Shown piece after piece: positions 37,815 to 47,980 of a stretch of DNA of 64,000 bases. Numbering within the stretch: position 1 is the stretch's first letter; each line of letters opens with the position of its first letter. The position numbers and the translations under genes are program-made. The notes under the pieces are model-generated. The model saw only the letters and a list, made by a program, of their open reading frames with translations. It had not been told where the DNA came from and ran no database searches. Origin of the DNA: an uncultured Christensenella sp. (GTDB lineage: Bacteria; Bacillota; Clostridia; Christensenellales; UBA3700); NCBI GenBank assembly GCA_949284695.1, contig CASDWJ010000005.1:9463-73462 (forward strand), read 5' to 3'.

Positions 37815-38555
37815 TTATTCTGCGGGAGGGGCAGGGATATAGGAGTCGTTCTTCGCGTTGCATTCAAATATAAAATTGTCGGCAATCTTTTTTGCGAGAG
37901 CGAGTTGTTTTTCTGTCCGCACCGTCCATGTCACTATTGCGGTCGATGGGTCAGCCGACTGAACTTTTGTGTAGAAAGAACTTTTAAGAGTCTTTATGCT
38001 CGCCGCAAGAAAAGCCGCTTTTTCGTGTGATTTCAGGCGGTGACAGAATATTCTCTGTATCGGGTTGGGGTCATAGAGCTGACCGACGAGAAGGTCGGGG
38101 CGCAGGTTCTGCATATAAAGCACGGCGCGCGGATCGAAAGACTCCAGACAGTAATCGCCCTTGTAGTCTTTCAGCGCTTCTATCACGGCAGAGCAGGTCT
38201 GCTTGTATTTTTTCGTGACCTTTATTTCGATGATAAGTCTGACTTTGCCGCCTACGAGCGCGAGTACGTCTTTAAAAAGAGGTATCTTTTCGTCCGTGCC
38301 GAAAAGTCTGTAGTTGCCGAGGTCTGCGTTCTTTATCTTCTCGGGGTGAAGTTTTACTCCGCAGGAGCGCTTGAGAGAGGGGTCGTGATGTACTATAAGC
38401 GTGCCTTCATCCGTGAGGTACACGTCAAATTCGATTCCGTAACCGTGATCTATCGCGTTTTTGAATGCCGCCATAGAGTTTTCGGGTACGGTTTTGTTGT
38501 CGTGCAGTCCGCGGTGTGCGAAGGGTACGCCTTTAAAAAAATCTCTGTTTTTCAT
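37815..38555 (-). CDS. Glycerophosphodiester phosphodiesterase family protein
   Basis: 246 aa. ...FAHRGLHDNKTVPENSMAAFKNAIDHGYGIEFDVYLTDEGTLIVHHD... are GDPD motifs. Confidence 0.85.
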   Translation of the reverse strand: MKNRDFFKGVPFAHRGLHDNKTVPENSMAAFKNAIDHGYGIEFDVYLTDEGTLIVHHDPSLKRSCGVKLHPEKIKNADLGNYRLFGTDEKIPLFKDVLALVGGKVRLIIEIKVTKKYKQTCSAVIEALKDYKGDYCLESFDPRAVLYMQNLRPDLLVGQLYDPNPIQRIFCHRLKSHEKAAFLAASIKTLKSSFYTKVQSADPSTAIVTWTVRTEKQLALAKKIADNFIFECNAKNDSYIPAPPAE

Positions 38556-38556
38556 A

Positions 38557-39147
38557 TCAATATCCCAGTTCTTCGTCTATCAGAAGTATGTACACTTTTT
38601 CCTGATATCTCGTCGGGTGGTGCATTATCGAAGTGACGTTGCACATACATTCTTTGCCGCTGCAGTTGCCGCACTTGCCCGTTATCGCGCAGGGCGTTGT
38701 CTTGCCGAGGCGTACGGCATTGAGGTGACAGGTGTAGTTGCGTATCCTGTCTACCGCGGCGTCGAAGTCCTTGACTATCTTGTTCTTGCCTATCGCGTAT
38801 ATCACGTTGGGCACTCCGAAAATAAGCGACGCGACGCGGTTGCCCGAGCCGTCGGTGTTGATTATCTCGCCGCTTTCGGTCAGCGCGTTGGCAGAGGAGA
38901 GAAACCAGTCTGCGTGCGCGGCGGACTGATACGCGTTTCTGTCAAAGAAGCGGTTGCCGCGCTCTGAGAGTTTGTTTTTGATATCCAGTTGAGTCAGAGT
39001 AACGCTGCCGCCCGTGCCTACGGTTTCGTTCACGGGTATAAGTCCGAGAATTTCATCGGCTGCTTTTTGCGCGTCTTCGCATATTACGGGGATAAAGCCT
39101 CGTGCCGCAAGTTTTTTTGCCATAACGTTAAGATCCATTTTCGTCAC
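38557..39147 (-). CDS. LUD-domain (DUF162, LutC/YkgG-like) protein with a C-terminal Cys cluster
   Basis: 196 aa. ...VGTGGSVTLTQLDI...LSSANALTESGEIINTDGSGNRVASL... is LUD-domain-like. SD GAGGTGA is present. Confidence 0.75.
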   Translation of the reverse strand: MTKMDLNVMAKKLAARGFIPVICEDAQKAADEILGLIPVNETVGTGGSVTLTQLDIKNKLSERGNRFFDRNAYQSAAHADWFLSSANALTESGEIINTDGSGNRVASLIFGVPNVIYAIGKNKIVKDFDAAVDRIRNYTCHLNAVRLGKTTPCAITGKCGNCSGKECMCNVTSIMHHPTRYQEKVYILLIDEELGY

Positions 39148-39182
39148 CTCGTCCGTTTCTTACTATATTATATAAAATCCGT

Positions 39183-39211
39183 TTGCTAAAATCCAGTTAT
39201 TTTTATATAAT
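39183..39211 (+). promoter_or_regulatory. Candidate sigma-A promoter of the aminotransferase-lepA-hemW unit
   Basis: TTGCTA (39183-39188), 17 nt, TATAAT (39206-39211). Confidence 0.45.
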
Positions 39212-39252
39212 ATTTATATCGGCTCGCTATGTGCGCGTAAAAGAGGCTTTTT

Positions 39253-40440
39253 ATGATTTCTGAAAAAATGCGTAATATGGTCAAAAACAGTTCTGCTATC
39301 CGCGCTATGTTCGAGGAGGGCAAGAAGCTCGCCGCGCTTTACGGTGCGGAGAACGTATACGATTTTTCGCTCGGCAACCCCAATCTCCCCGCGCCCGCAG
39401 AAGTAGCGGAAGCGCTGAAGTCGGAGATAGACGCTTGCGACGCGCTGACTTTGCACGGATATATGTCCAACGCGGGATACGAGGACGTAAGGCAGGCGGT
39501 TGCGGACAACCTCAACGCTCGCTTCGGCACGGACTATACCGTCCCGTGCATAGTGATGAGCGTGGGCGCGGCGGGAGGTCTCAACGTATTCCTCAAAGCG
39601 GTGCTCGACCCGGGCGACGAAGTGGTCGTTATCGCGCCGTTTTTCGGAGAATACGCTAATTATGTTGCAAATTTCGACGGCAAGCTGGTCGTCGTTCCGC
39701 CCAATCCGCCGACTTTTCAGCCCGACGTAAAGGCGTTTGAGAAGGCGTTGACGGCAAAGACTAAGGCGGTCATAATCAATACCCCCAACAATCCTACGGG
39801 CGTCATATACGATGAAAACACCCTGAATGCCCTTGCTGACGCAATGCGCGCGGCGCAAGCGAGATTCGGCACTACGATATACCTGCTGTCGGACGAGCCT
39901 TACAGAGAACTCGTTTTCGGTAGCGCAAAACAGCCTTATCCCGCAAAATATTACGAGAACGCCGTCAGCGGATATTCTTTCAGCAAATCGCTTTCTCTCG
40001 CGGGAGAAAGGATAGGATATCTCGCCGTCAACCGCGAATGCGCGGACTTTGACGATCTCGTCGGAGCGCTGGGCGTTGCAACGCGCGTGCTCGGCTTCGT
40101 CAATTCTCCCTCGCTTATACAGAGAGCGGTCGCCAAGTGTCTTAACGCCAGCGTTGACGTAGGTTTTTACGAGAAGAACGGCGCGGCGCTGAAAAAGATA
40201 ATGGACGAGTGCGGGTTTGAATACGTAGAGCCTCAGGGCGCGTTCTATCTGTTCGTAAAAGCGCCTGACGGCGACGACGCGGCTTTTTGCGCAGAGGCGA
40301 AAAAACACAGGCTTTTGCTCGTGCCCGCTACGGGTTTCGGCTGCAAAGGCTGGGTCAGGATAGCGTACTGCGTGTCTCCCGCGACGATAGAGGGATCGAG
40401 AGCTTCGTTTAAAGCGCTTGCAAAGCAATATCTCAATTAA
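39253..40440 (+). CDS. Pyridoxal-phosphate-dependent aminotransferase, class I/II (aspartate/alanine aminotransferase-like)
   Basis: 395 aa. ...DFSLGNPNLPAP...INTPNNPTG...SFSKSLSLAGERIGY... contains the PLP-lysine motif. Confidence 0.88.
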   Translation: MISEKMRNMVKNSSAIRAMFEEGKKLAALYGAENVYDFSLGNPNLPAPAEVAEALKSEIDACDALTLHGYMSNAGYEDVRQAVADNLNARFGTDYTVPCIVMSVGAAGGLNVFLKAVLDPGDEVVVIAPFFGEYANYVANFDGKLVVVPPNPPTFQPDVKAFEKALTAKTKAVIINTPNNPTGVIYDENTLNALADAMRAAQARFGTTIYLLSDEPYRELVFGSAKQPYPAKYYENAVSGYSFSKSLSLAGERIGYLAVNRECADFDDLVGALGVATRVLGFVNSPSLIQRAVAKCLNASVDVGFYEKNGAALKKIMDECGFEYVEPQGAFYLFVKAPDGDDAAFCAEAKKHRLLLVPATGFGCKGWVRIAYCVSPATIEGSRASFKALAKQYLN

Positions 40441-40461
40441 GGCACAGTAAAAGGAGAAAAT

Positions 40462-42264
40462 ATGCCCAAAGATCAGAGCAAAATAAGGAATTTCTGCATA
40501 GTCGCTCATATAGACCACGGCAAGAGCACTCTTGCCGACCGTATCATGGACGTGACCGAGACGGTAAGCAAGCGAGAAGCCAAAGAACAGCTCCTCGACA
40601 GCATGGACATAGAGCGCGAACGCGGTATAACGATCAAGCTGACGCCTGTCAGAATGAACTATACCTACAACGGCGAGCAGTATGAATTCAATCTGATAGA
40701 CACGCCCGGACACGTAGACTTCACGTACGAGGTCTCGCGCTCGCTCAAGGCGTGCGAAGGCGCGATACTCATCGTCGACGCTTCGCAGGGCATAGAAGCA
40801 CAGACGCTGACCAACGTCTATCTCGCGCTCGACAACGATCTCGAGATTATTCCCGTGATAAACAAGATAGATCTGCCGTCCGCACGTCCGGACGAAGTCA
40901 AAAAAGAAATAGAGGACGTGATAGGACTCGATGCGCAGACTGCGCCCCTCGTCTCCGCGAAAGAGGGTATAGGCATAGAAGAAGTGCTGAAGCAGGTCAT
41001 AGAACTTCTGCCGCCTCCCAAGGGCGATTACGACAAGCCGCTCAAGGCGCTGATATTCGACTCGTACTACGACAGTTATAAAGGCGCGGTATCCTTTATC
41101 CGCATATTCGACGGCAAGGTCAGGGCGGGCGATAAGATAAAATTTTTCGCTACGGGCAAGGAGTTCGAAGTGACGGAAGTCGGAGTATTCACTCCGCGTT
41201 CAACGCCGGTAGACGAACTGAGTGCGGGCGACGTCGGATATCTATGCGCAAGTATTAAGAACGTAAGCGACACCAAGGTCGGCGATACTATAACGACGGC
41301 GGTCGGCGGCGCGAAAGAACCTCTCGGCGGCTTCAAAGAGGTTTCTCCGATGGTGTTCTGCGGTATTTATCCTACCGACGGCGCGAGATACAACGATCTT
41401 AAAGACGCGCTCGAAAAACTCAAACTCAACGACGCGTCGCTTATGTACGAGCCCGAAGTTTCTACGGCGCTTGGCTTCGGCTTCAGATGCGGATTCCTCG
41501 GACTTCTGCACATGGAGATCATACAGGAAAGACTGGAAAGAGAATTCGACCTCGATCTTATCACGACGGCACCGGGAGTATCGTACAACGTGGTGAAGAA
41601 CAACGGCGAGACGCTCATTGTTTCCAACCCGTCCAATCTGCCTCCGGCAGGAGACATAGACCACATGGAAGAACCTGTCGTCAAGGCATTTCTTTACACG
41701 CCGCCCGAGTACGTCGGCGCGATAATGGAACTGTGTCAGGACAAGAGAGGCACGTTCATCGATCTGACCTATCTCGAATCGACGAGAGTGAAGATAGAGT
41801 ACGAAATGCCGCTCAACGAGATAATATACGACTTCTTCGATTCGCTGAAGTCGCACACGCGCGGCTATGCGAGTCTCGATTATGAGATAATAGGATACAG
41901 AGAGAGCGACCTCGTCAAACTCGACATCCTGCTCAACGGCGAGATATGCGACGCGCTCAGCCTTATCGTGCACCGCGAAAAGGCTTATGCGCGCGGCAGA
42001 GGTATTGCCGAAAAGCTCAAAGAGGTGATCCCGAGACAGCTTTTTGAAATACCCATTCAGGCAGCTATCGGCGGCAAGGTCATAGCGAGAGAGACTGTCA
42101 AGGCGATGAGAAAAGACGTCCTCGCCAAGTGTTACGGCGGCGACATCACGAGAAAGAAAAAACTTCTCGAAAAGCAGAAAGAAGGCAAAAAACGCATGCG
42201 CCAGATAGGCTCCGTCGAGGTGCCGAGCGAGGCGTTCATGACTATACTCAAATTCAACAAATGA
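40462..42264 (+). CDS. lepA: Translation elongation factor 4 (LepA)
   Basis: 600 aa. [20 protein letters not shown]...DTPGHVDF...NKIDL... and a LepA C-terminal domain. Confidence 0.97.
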   Translation: MPKDQSKIRNFCIVAHIDHGKSTLADRIMDVTETVSKREAKEQLLDSMDIERERGITIKLTPVRMNYTYNGEQYEFNLIDTPGHVDFTYEVSRSLKACEGAILIVDASQGIEAQTLTNVYLALDNDLEIIPVINKIDLPSARPDEVKKEIEDVIGLDAQTAPLVSAKEGIGIEEVLKQVIELLPPPKGDYDKPLKALIFDSYYDSYKGAVSFIRIFDGKVRAGDKIKFFATGKEFEVTEVGVFTPRSTPVDELSAGDVGYLCASIKNVSDTKVGDTITTAVGGAKEPLGGFKEVSPMVFCGIYPTDGARYNDLKDALEKLKLNDASLMYEPEVSTALGFGFRCGFLGLLHMEIIQERLEREFDLDLITTAPGVSYNVVKNNGETLIVSNPSNLPPAGDIDHMEEPVVKAFLYTPPEYVGAIMELCQDKRGTFIDLTYLESTRVKIEYEMPLNEIIYDFFDSLKSHTRGYASLDYEIIGYRESDLVKLDILLNGEICDALSLIVHREKAYARGRGIAEKLKEVIPRQLFEIPIQAAIGGKVIARETVKAMRKDVLAKCYGGDITRKKKLLEKQKEGKKRMRQIGSVEVPSEAFMTILKFNK

Positions 42265-43376
42265 GTGCGGCGGGGATATACGTCCATATTCCTTTCTGCC
42301 GCTCGAAGTGTGCTTACTGCGACTTCGTATCCGTATGCGAAGGAGAGGAAAAGCAGAGACTTTATATAGGAGCATTATTGCGCGAGATCAACACGGGCAG
42401 GAAAATTTTTGACGGCGTGGCAGACACCTTGTATATAGGCGGAGGCACGCCGTCCTGTCTTTACGACGGGGCGGTAGAGAGCATAGTCGGGGCGCTCGGC
42501 GACAGCTTCGATCTTTCGCTGAGAGAGTTTACCGTCGAGTGCAATCCCGATACGTTTACGCAAACAAAAGCGGACGAACTCAAAAAGGCGGGGGTCACCC
42601 GCATAAGCCTCGGAGTGCAGTCGCTCGACGACGGAGTGCTCAAAAGAGCGGGCAGGCGGCATGACGCGGCGACGGCAATGCAAGCCGTAAGGTTGGCGGT
42701 AAAGAGCGGCTTCGACGTCAGCGCTGATCTGATGCTCGGGCTCGAGGGGCAGAGAGAGGACGACGTGGACGCGTTCGTCGGATTTATGGCGGACGAAGGA
42801 GTGACGCACTTGTCGGCTTATATGCTCAAGGTCGAGCGCGGCACGCCGCTTGCGCGCGCCGTGGACGACGGTCTGATACTGCCTTCCGACGACGACTGCG
42901 CCGACCTTTACGACCGCACCGTTTCAAAGCTGAAAGAACACGGGTTTTCGCGCTACGAGACGAGCAATTTCTGCAAGGACGGCAAGAGATGTCTGCACAA
43001 TATGAAATACTGGACGATGTGCGACTATCTCGCTTTCGGCGTTGCGGCGCACGGCAAGATCGGCAGACTGCGCTACTACAACGACGGAGACGTTGACGGA
43101 TATATCCGCGCCGTGGCGCAGGGCATTCACGCTTACCGCACGGAAGAAGTGCTCGACGACGAAGAAGAACTGAAAGAATACGTTATGCTCGGGCTTCGTC
43201 TCGAGGACGGTGTAGACGTAGGAGAAGCGGAAAGGCGCTTCGGCATACCATTTGAGGAGCGGTTTGCGGACGGGTTGAAAAAAGCGGCGGGTTACGTCCT
43301 TTTCGACGGCAGGACGTTGCGCATAAAACCCGAATACGCACTCGTCGCCAACGCCGTGATCAATATGTTCGTATGA
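42261..43376 (+). CDS. hemW: Radical SAM heme chaperone HemW (HemN-like, oxygen-independent coproporphyrinogen oxidase family)
   Basis: I place the start at ATG 42261 (ATGA overlap with lepA). [22 protein letters not shown] contains the CxxxCxxC radical SAM motif. The lepA-hemW order is conserved. Confidence 0.9.
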   Translation: MSAAGIYVHIPFCRSKCAYCDFVSVCEGEEKQRLYIGALLREINTGRKIFDGVADTLYIGGGTPSCLYDGAVESIVGALGDSFDLSLREFTVECNPDTFTQTKADELKKAGVTRISLGVQSLDDGVLKRAGRRHDAATAMQAVRLAVKSGFDVSADLMLGLEGQREDDVDAFVGFMADEGVTHLSAYMLKVERGTPLARAVDDGLILPSDDDCADLYDRTVSKLKEHGFSRYETSNFCKDGKRCLHNMKYWTMCDYLAFGVAAHGKIGRLRYYNDGDVDGYIRAVAQGIHAYRTEEVLDDEEELKEYVMLGLRLEDGVDVGEAERRFGIPFEERFADGLKKAAGYVLFDGRTLRIKPEYALVANAVINMFV

Positions 43377-43482
43377 CGGCGGCTACTTCGGTCGGGCGCG
43401 TCGGCGCAGACGTTCGCAATTAAGTCTCGGCAAGGATATTCAAGCGGGTCGCGCCGCAAAGTGTAATTCTTCGTATAAAAAA

Positions 43483-43508
43483 ACGGGACGAGCGTCCCGT
43501 CTTTTTTT
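43483..43508. terminator. Bidirectional rho-independent terminator between convergent hemW and the zinc-ribbon ORF
   Basis: A7-ACGGGACG-AG-CGTCCCGT-CT7, with an A-run upstream and a T-run downstream. Confidence 0.75.
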
Positions 43509-43653
43509 ACTCCTTGGTAAAAGTCGTGTTGTTGCAATTGGGGCAAGGCGGCATTTTGTCGTCCATACCAAGCTTCAGATTGAAGCCGCAGTTCGTGCAG
43601 ACGTAGTTGCCCTTGCCGGGCTTCTGACCCGTGCTGTACTGTTGAGTTCTCAT
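43507..43653 (-). CDS. Hypothetical 48-aa zinc-ribbon protein (below the ORF-track cutoff)
   Basis: Own translation gives MRTQQYSTGQKPGKGNYVCTNCGFNLKLGMDDKMPPCPNCNNTTFTKE, with CxxC-N15-CxxC. SD AAGGAGGT lies 7 nt upstream. The terminator follows directly. Confidence 0.6.
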   Translation of the reverse strand: MRTQQYSTGQKPGKGNYVCTNCGFNLKLGMDDKMPPCPNCNNTTFTKE

Positions 43654-43744
43654 TTCGTTTACCTCCTTTGCACTGTCGTGCTATGTAGGCATTTGTCCCG
43701 TCCGCAAAATATTATTTACTGAGAGATCAAATTTATTCAAACGG

Positions 43745-43774
43745 TTGCGCGCGGATATGTCTTTGTTATATCAT
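43745..43774 (+). promoter_or_regulatory. Candidate promoter placing the TSS at or next to ATG 43781 (leaderless candidate)
   Basis: TTGCGC (43745-43750), 18 nt, TATCAT (43769-43774), then 6 nt and ATG. No SD precedes any in-frame start. Confidence 0.3.
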
Positions 43775-43780
43775 TACGGT

Positions 43781-44746
43781 ATGGACAAGAGGAAGAAAGA
43801 GGTCGCAGACGTCGCAGGTAACGGCGTTGCGGTCGAAAAGAAAGAGTCGAAGTTTACCAAGTTTATGCGCATAAAGCGCACGTTGTCGATATGCTTTAAT
43901 TTCGTCTACATCATAGCGTATATGGCGTTCACGGTGTTCACGTTCGCGCGCGACAATGCGGAGATAACGTGGCTGCCGTATCTTTTTGCGGGATTCATAC
44001 TGTTCTATATGGTGCTGTTTATAATCTCGCTCGCCATGGCAAAGAACGAGCGGAGACAGAAAAATGCGGTCAAGGACTACAAGAGCGGACTCAAGATAGT
44101 CAAGAAGCTGCTCAAACTTGTCAACCTCGCGCTTGCCATCGTGCTTGTCGTCAACGCCGCCAGCGGAGACAGGAATCTGTTCTCGCTGATAATTTCGTGC
44201 GTATCGGTCGTCTACGTCCTCTATCAGATATTCTCCGAGATACGCAAAATGATAAAAAGGCGCAGGAAGATGAAGATAAAAGAGAAAAAGGAAGAATGCG
44301 ACAAGAAATTCATCGACGACGTGAAGAAGATATGGAACGGGGAGGACGAACCCGCAGAACAGCCTGAGCAGACCTTAGCGGACGATGCGGGAGAAGAAGC
44401 CGCGGCGACAGTAAGCGCGCCCGCCACAGATAACGCGCCCGAAACGGATAGCGCGCCCGCGAGCGTAGAAGTTCCCGTTGCTACGGCGGCTGAGGAAGCT
44501 AAGGAAGAAGCTCCCCAAAAAGGCGTGTCGGCAAAGATATCCGCGCTCGGCAGGACGGCGACGAAGAAGATCGACGAAGCGAAAAAGACCGCGCTCGGCA
44601 AGGTGAACGAGGTGAAAAACGCCGCCGAAAAGGCAAAGAAGATCGGCGTCCGCGCCAAGGCGTATTACGGCGAGCGCAAGAAGATAGAAGAAGACATGTC
44701 GGGCAAAAAGAAAAAGAAGGACGACAAAAAGGACGATAAAAAATAA
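43781..44746 (+). CDS. Hypothetical membrane protein: 4 predicted TM helices plus an A/E/K-rich low-complexity tail of about 150 aa
   Basis: Track ORF 43745-44746; I prefer ATG 43781 (MDKRKKEV...) as the start. TM segments include LSICFNFVYIIAYMAFTVFTF and WLPYLFAGFILFYMVLFIISLAM. The tail ends ...KKKKKDDKKDDKK. No family recognised. Confidence 0.55.
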   Translation: MDKRKKEVADVAGNGVAVEKKESKFTKFMRIKRTLSICFNFVYIIAYMAFTVFTFARDNAEITWLPYLFAGFILFYMVLFIISLAMAKNERRQKNAVKDYKSGLKIVKKLLKLVNLALAIVLVVNAASGDRNLFSLIISCVSVVYVLYQIFSEIRKMIKRRRKMKIKEKKEECDKKFIDDVKKIWNGEDEPAEQPEQTLADDAGEEAAATVSAPATDNAPETDSAPASVEVPVATAAEEAKEEAPQKGVSAKISALGRTATKKIDEAKKTALGKVNEVKNAAEKAKKIGVRAKAYYGERKKIEEDMSGKKKKKDDKKDDKK

Positions 44747-44750
44747 GCGT

Positions 44751-45194
44751 ATGCAAATAAAAATTCTTGCGACGAAAGAAGAATACAAAGAAGCGACGGC
44801 GCTCGTTCTGGAGACTTTCGGCGAGTTTGTCGCGCCTTTTTATTCCGAGAAGGGCATCGCCGCGTTCAGAAAATACGTCTCAGTGGACGGTTTTTTCGCA
44901 AGGTTTACCGTGCTGGGCGCGTTCGCGGACGGAGAGCTCGCGGGAGTGCTCGCGTTCGACCCCGTCAAGAGGTTTATCGTCAGCTTCTTCGTGCGCGGGA
45001 AATATCACAGACGAGGCATAGGCAAGGCTCTGTTTTTGCGTATGAAAGAGAGCGTCGGAGAGGGGGATATCAGAGTCAACGCGTCGCCGTATGCGGTGGG
45101 GATCTACGAAAGGCTCGGCTTCGTCGCGACCTACGATCAGTCGGAAGAAGACGGGATACTGTATACGCCGATGAAGTATTCGGCAAAAAAATAG
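44751..45194 (+). CDS. GNAT family N-acetyltransferase
   Basis: 147 aa. ...FFVRGKYHRRGIGKALF... is the acetyl-CoA-binding motif A (R/Q-x-x-G-x-G/A). Confidence 0.8.
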   Translation: MQIKILATKEEYKEATALVLETFGEFVAPFYSEKGIAAFRKYVSVDGFFARFTVLGAFADGELAGVLAFDPVKRFIVSFFVRGKYHRRGIGKALFLRMKESVGEGDIRVNASPYAVGIYERLGFVATYDQSEEDGILYTPMKYSAKK

Positions 45195-45215
45195 CGACGG
45201 AAAAGGTCGCTTTTT
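45193..45215 (+). terminator. Rho-independent terminator after the GNAT gene
   Basis: AGCGAC-GGAAAAG-GTCGCT followed by T5. The stem overlaps the stop codon. Confidence 0.6.
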
Positions 45216-45331
45216 CAGTAGACAGGTGAACGCTCCTGCGGCAAATGAGAACGCGGAGAGGTCGTATCGTCGAGGCGGGTGCCGAAGGTCGGAAAGGAGC
45301 ATATCCGCAGAGAGATCGAAGATTTCGCAAC

Positions 45332-45362
45332 AAAAAAAGGACGGCGAGCGCCGTCCTTTTTT
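45332..45362. terminator. Bidirectional terminator downstream of the minus-strand M28 peptidase gene
   Basis: A7-GGACGGC-GAGC-GCCGTCC-T6. Confidence 0.7.
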
Positions 45363-45371
45363 ATATCCAAC

Positions 45372-46598
45372 TTATTTTGCAAGCCCTTTTTCGTCAAACT
45401 CCGTAACGAAGTCGAGCGTGATGTCGAGGACCTTTGAAAGGCACTCGGGGCTGAGGTTGTCGTAGTTGTCGAGACGTGTGTGGTAATATTCTTTTACCTG
45501 CGGAGCCATCGCCGCGATACACGCGGATTTTCTTCCCGCCTGAGCGAACGCCGCCGCGTCGGTCGCACCCGCGTAAACGGAGCCGTAGTGCAGATCCATG
45601 CCGTTTTTAGCGCCGGCGCGCTTTATGAGCTCGCAGGTGGGCATATCGAGTTTTACCGTGCCGTTGAGGTCTTTGTTGTAGATCACGAGATGCTCGAGCT
45701 CTCTGAGCGTTTCGTAGGTCACGAACACGGTCTCCACGTCTTTTTCCTGCCACAGGTCGGGGTTGTTGCGGCAGAAGAATTTCGCGCCGCGGAGTCCCGC
45801 TTCTTCAGAGCCGGTCACGAGCGCGACGACCTCGGTGTTCTCAAGGCGCACGTCGTTTTCTTTCATAAGTTTGAGCACGGATATCGCCATATAGCAAGCG
45901 GTCAGGTTGTCGTTGGCGCCGGGCACGGGTCTCCTGATGTCGGAGAACAGGAAGAACGCGATATAGAACGGTACGAAGATCACCGAAGCTATGCCCATAT
46001 AGAGCGGCGCGCCCTCGGGAGTGCCGATCACGCCTTTCATGCTTATGCACGCGATCACCACGCATGCGAGCAAGTAAACGACGCCGATAATCGGGATGAT
46101 TATGCTCGTCAGGAACAGGTTGTAGCCGCCGACGTAATGCCAGTGCCATTCGTATGTAGCGTCCGAGTGACCGTTGAGTACGATGCGGCGTCTGAGCTCG
46201 CCCTTGGGTTTTATGCCGCCCCAGACGTTGCCCGATTCGCGCTTTTTAAAGAGCCAGTCTATCGTCTCGCGGTAGAGCACGAACTGCCCGACCATGGGCA
46301 CGAGTGCAAAGACTACGCATACGACGCTGATTATCGGAGCGAAGAAGTAAGTCATGATGCCGAGGATCATAAAGATACCCACGAAGTAAGTCCAGCCGAA
46401 GAAGGCGTGGGGAGCGACCTTGAAACTTTCGCCGTGCGAGTCGTCGCCGTATTCGGCGATCTGCGACTTCATATAGTCGAGAGCTTTGCGTTCGCCGTCA
46501 TTGCCGGGGTCGCGGTCGCCGAAGTCCTTGATGACGTGTTCGATCTCGTCGCAGATAAACTTCACGGCTTCGTCTTTCTGTTGCCTTGAAAAATCCAT
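45372..46598 (-). CDS. Membrane-embedded M28 family metallopeptidase
   Basis: 408 aa. ...VLNGHSDATYEW..., ...VTGSEEAGLRGAKFF... and ...YYHTRLD... are M28 zinc-ligand motifs, interrupted by about 6 TM helices. SD AGAGGTGG is present. Confidence 0.75.
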   Translation of the reverse strand: MDFSRQQKDEAVKFICDEIEHVIKDFGDRDPGNDGERKALDYMKSQIAEYGDDSHGESFKVAPHAFFGWTYFVGIFMILGIMTYFFAPIISVVCVVFALVPMVGQFVLYRETIDWLFKKRESGNVWGGIKPKGELRRRIVLNGHSDATYEWHWHYVGGYNLFLTSIIIPIIGVVYLLACVVIACISMKGVIGTPEGAPLYMGIASVIFVPFYIAFFLFSDIRRPVPGANDNLTACYMAISVLKLMKENDVRLENTEVVALVTGSEEAGLRGAKFFCRNNPDLWQEKDVETVFVTYETLRELEHLVIYNKDLNGTVKLDMPTCELIKRAGAKNGMDLHYGSVYAGATDAAAFAQAGRKSACIAAMAPQVKEYYHTRLDNYDNLSPECLSKVLDITLDFVTEFDEKGLAK

Positions 46599-46811
46599 AA
46601 TCCACCTCTGTACATATTACAATCATTATACATTATACGGCACGCGATGTCCACACTTTGAGAAAAAAACAAAAAATCCTGCCCGTACTGCGATGTCGGC
46701 GAAGTCGGAGAGGTGAAAAGGGCGGGCGCGCAAGGCGGACAGGGCGTATTTACAATGATTTTACTTGCATACGGTACGTGCGTGTGCAATAATATTTATA
46801 AGGTAAAAGCT

Positions 46812-47132
46812 ATGAAAAAGAGGATCTTCGTCATCTCAATACTCTCTCTCGTGATCTGCGTGCTTGCGGGCTCTACCTGCTTTGCGGCAGAGCAGACCAA
46901 CGTCAAGCCCGTCGACAATATGGGCGATATTTTCTTTTACATTCTCGCGGCGGCTCTGGTCGTTGCGGTGATAGCGATCTGCATAATTTTCAGATACAGC
47001 AAAAAGTTCGTCATAAGAGAAAGAGAGAGGTTGATAGAGCAGAAAAAAGAATACGTTCCCGCCAAAGAGATACGCATACGCGACGGCGAGGTCAAAAAAG
47101 ACGGCGTGTCGCAGACGGACAAAAAACAGTAA
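46812..47132 (+). CDS. Hypothetical small secreted/membrane protein: signal peptide, one TM helix, basic tail
   Basis: I place the start at ATG 46812 within track ORF 46713-47132. The sequence is MKKRIFVISILSLVICVLAGSTCFA|AEQ...IFFYILAAALVVAVIAICIIF... Confidence 0.5.
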   Translation: MKKRIFVISILSLVICVLAGSTCFAAEQTNVKPVDNMGDIFFYILAAALVVAVIAICIIFRYSKKFVIRERERLIEQKKEYVPAKEIRIRDGEVKKDGVSQTDKKQ

Positions 47133-47137
47133 TTGCT

Positions 47138-47164
47138 TCTCCGACTTTGTCGGAGATTTTTTTT
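47138..47164 (+). terminator. Rho-independent terminator
   Basis: TCTCCGA-CTTTG-TCGGAGA followed by T8. Confidence 0.75.
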
Positions 47165-47195
47165 GCCGACCTTATCGGCAATTTGAAAACAACTG

Positions 47196-47224
47196 TTGAA
47201 AAGCGGTCGGATACGTGATATAAT
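47196..47224 (+). promoter_or_regulatory. Sigma-A promoter with extended -10, for lipoprotein paralog 1
   Basis: TTGAAA (47196-47201), 17 nt, TGaTATAAT (-10 at 47219-47224). Confidence 0.55.
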
Positions 47225-47253
47225 ATATAGCAGTAAACCTGACGGGGGTTAAG

Positions 47254-47667
47254 ATGAAAAAGATTCTGACCGCGATAGTCATCATCGCAACCGTGCTCGC
47301 GCTCGTCGCTTGCGTGCCAAGCAGGGACGCGTGCAAGGCGAAATACGAAAACGCAGGGTATTCTACCGTGCCGCTTTCTGCCAATACGCTTGAGTTGTCG
47401 GGCGAGGACGTCGACTTCATATATTGCGGCAGCAGAGAGGATTCGGGCGACTACATCAGGATAGTTGCGTTCAAGAAAAAGGACAAAGCCACAGAGTACG
47501 CAGAGCGCGCCAACGTCGAAGAAAACGAGGGAAACGGTTATCTCGTGGTGCAGAAAAGCAAAGTCGTGCTCGTCGGCACGCAGAACGCGATCGACATCTA
47601 CAACAACAAAGGCGGGCTCGTCGAAGGGTCGGAAAGCGACGGCGGGCAGGAAGAACCTCAGCAATAA
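47254..47667 (+). CDS. Small lipoprotein, paralog 1 of an unrecognised family
   Basis: 137 aa with lipobox LVAC. It shares the KxKYExxGY, FxxxD(K/D)AxxY and VLVGTQNAIDIY blocks with the two downstream ORFs. Confidence 0.7.
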   Translation: MKKILTAIVIIATVLALVACVPSRDACKAKYENAGYSTVPLSANTLELSGEDVDFIYCGSREDSGDYIRIVAFKKKDKATEYAERANVEENEGNGYLVVQKSKVVLVGTQNAIDIYNNKGGLVEGSESDGGQEEPQQ

Positions 47668-47681
47668 ACAGATCGTTTACG

Positions 47682-47704
47682 ACCGCCCGCGAGGGCGGTT
47701 TTTT
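47682..47704 (+). terminator. Rho-independent terminator
   Basis: ACCGCCC-GCGA-GGGCGGT followed by T5. Confidence 0.8.
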
Positions 47705-47922
47705 ATGCGAGGGGCGCGGCGGCAATAAATAGTGAAAATCACTTGAAAAGTGTGCGAGAGAGCCGCCGTATCGGAAAGGAAACAGCTTGACCCGATTTGT
47801 GTCGGATCGTACACTTTGTGCATAAAAATACATAATATCCTATAAAAACCGCAGGCGAAAGACCTTTGATTGCATATTTAACGAAAAAAATCCCGATTTT
47901 TCAAAAAATTTACATAAAGTCG

Positions 47923-47951
47923 TTGAAAGAGTAAAAAGCGAGTGCTATAAT
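47923..47951 (+). promoter_or_regulatory. Sigma-A promoter with extended -10, for lipoprotein paralog 2
   Basis: TTGAAA (47923-47928), 17 nt, TGcTATAAT (-10 at 47946-47951). Confidence 0.55.
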
Positions 47952-47980
47952 TAAGTTAAAGTTAACCTGAGGAGGTTTTT

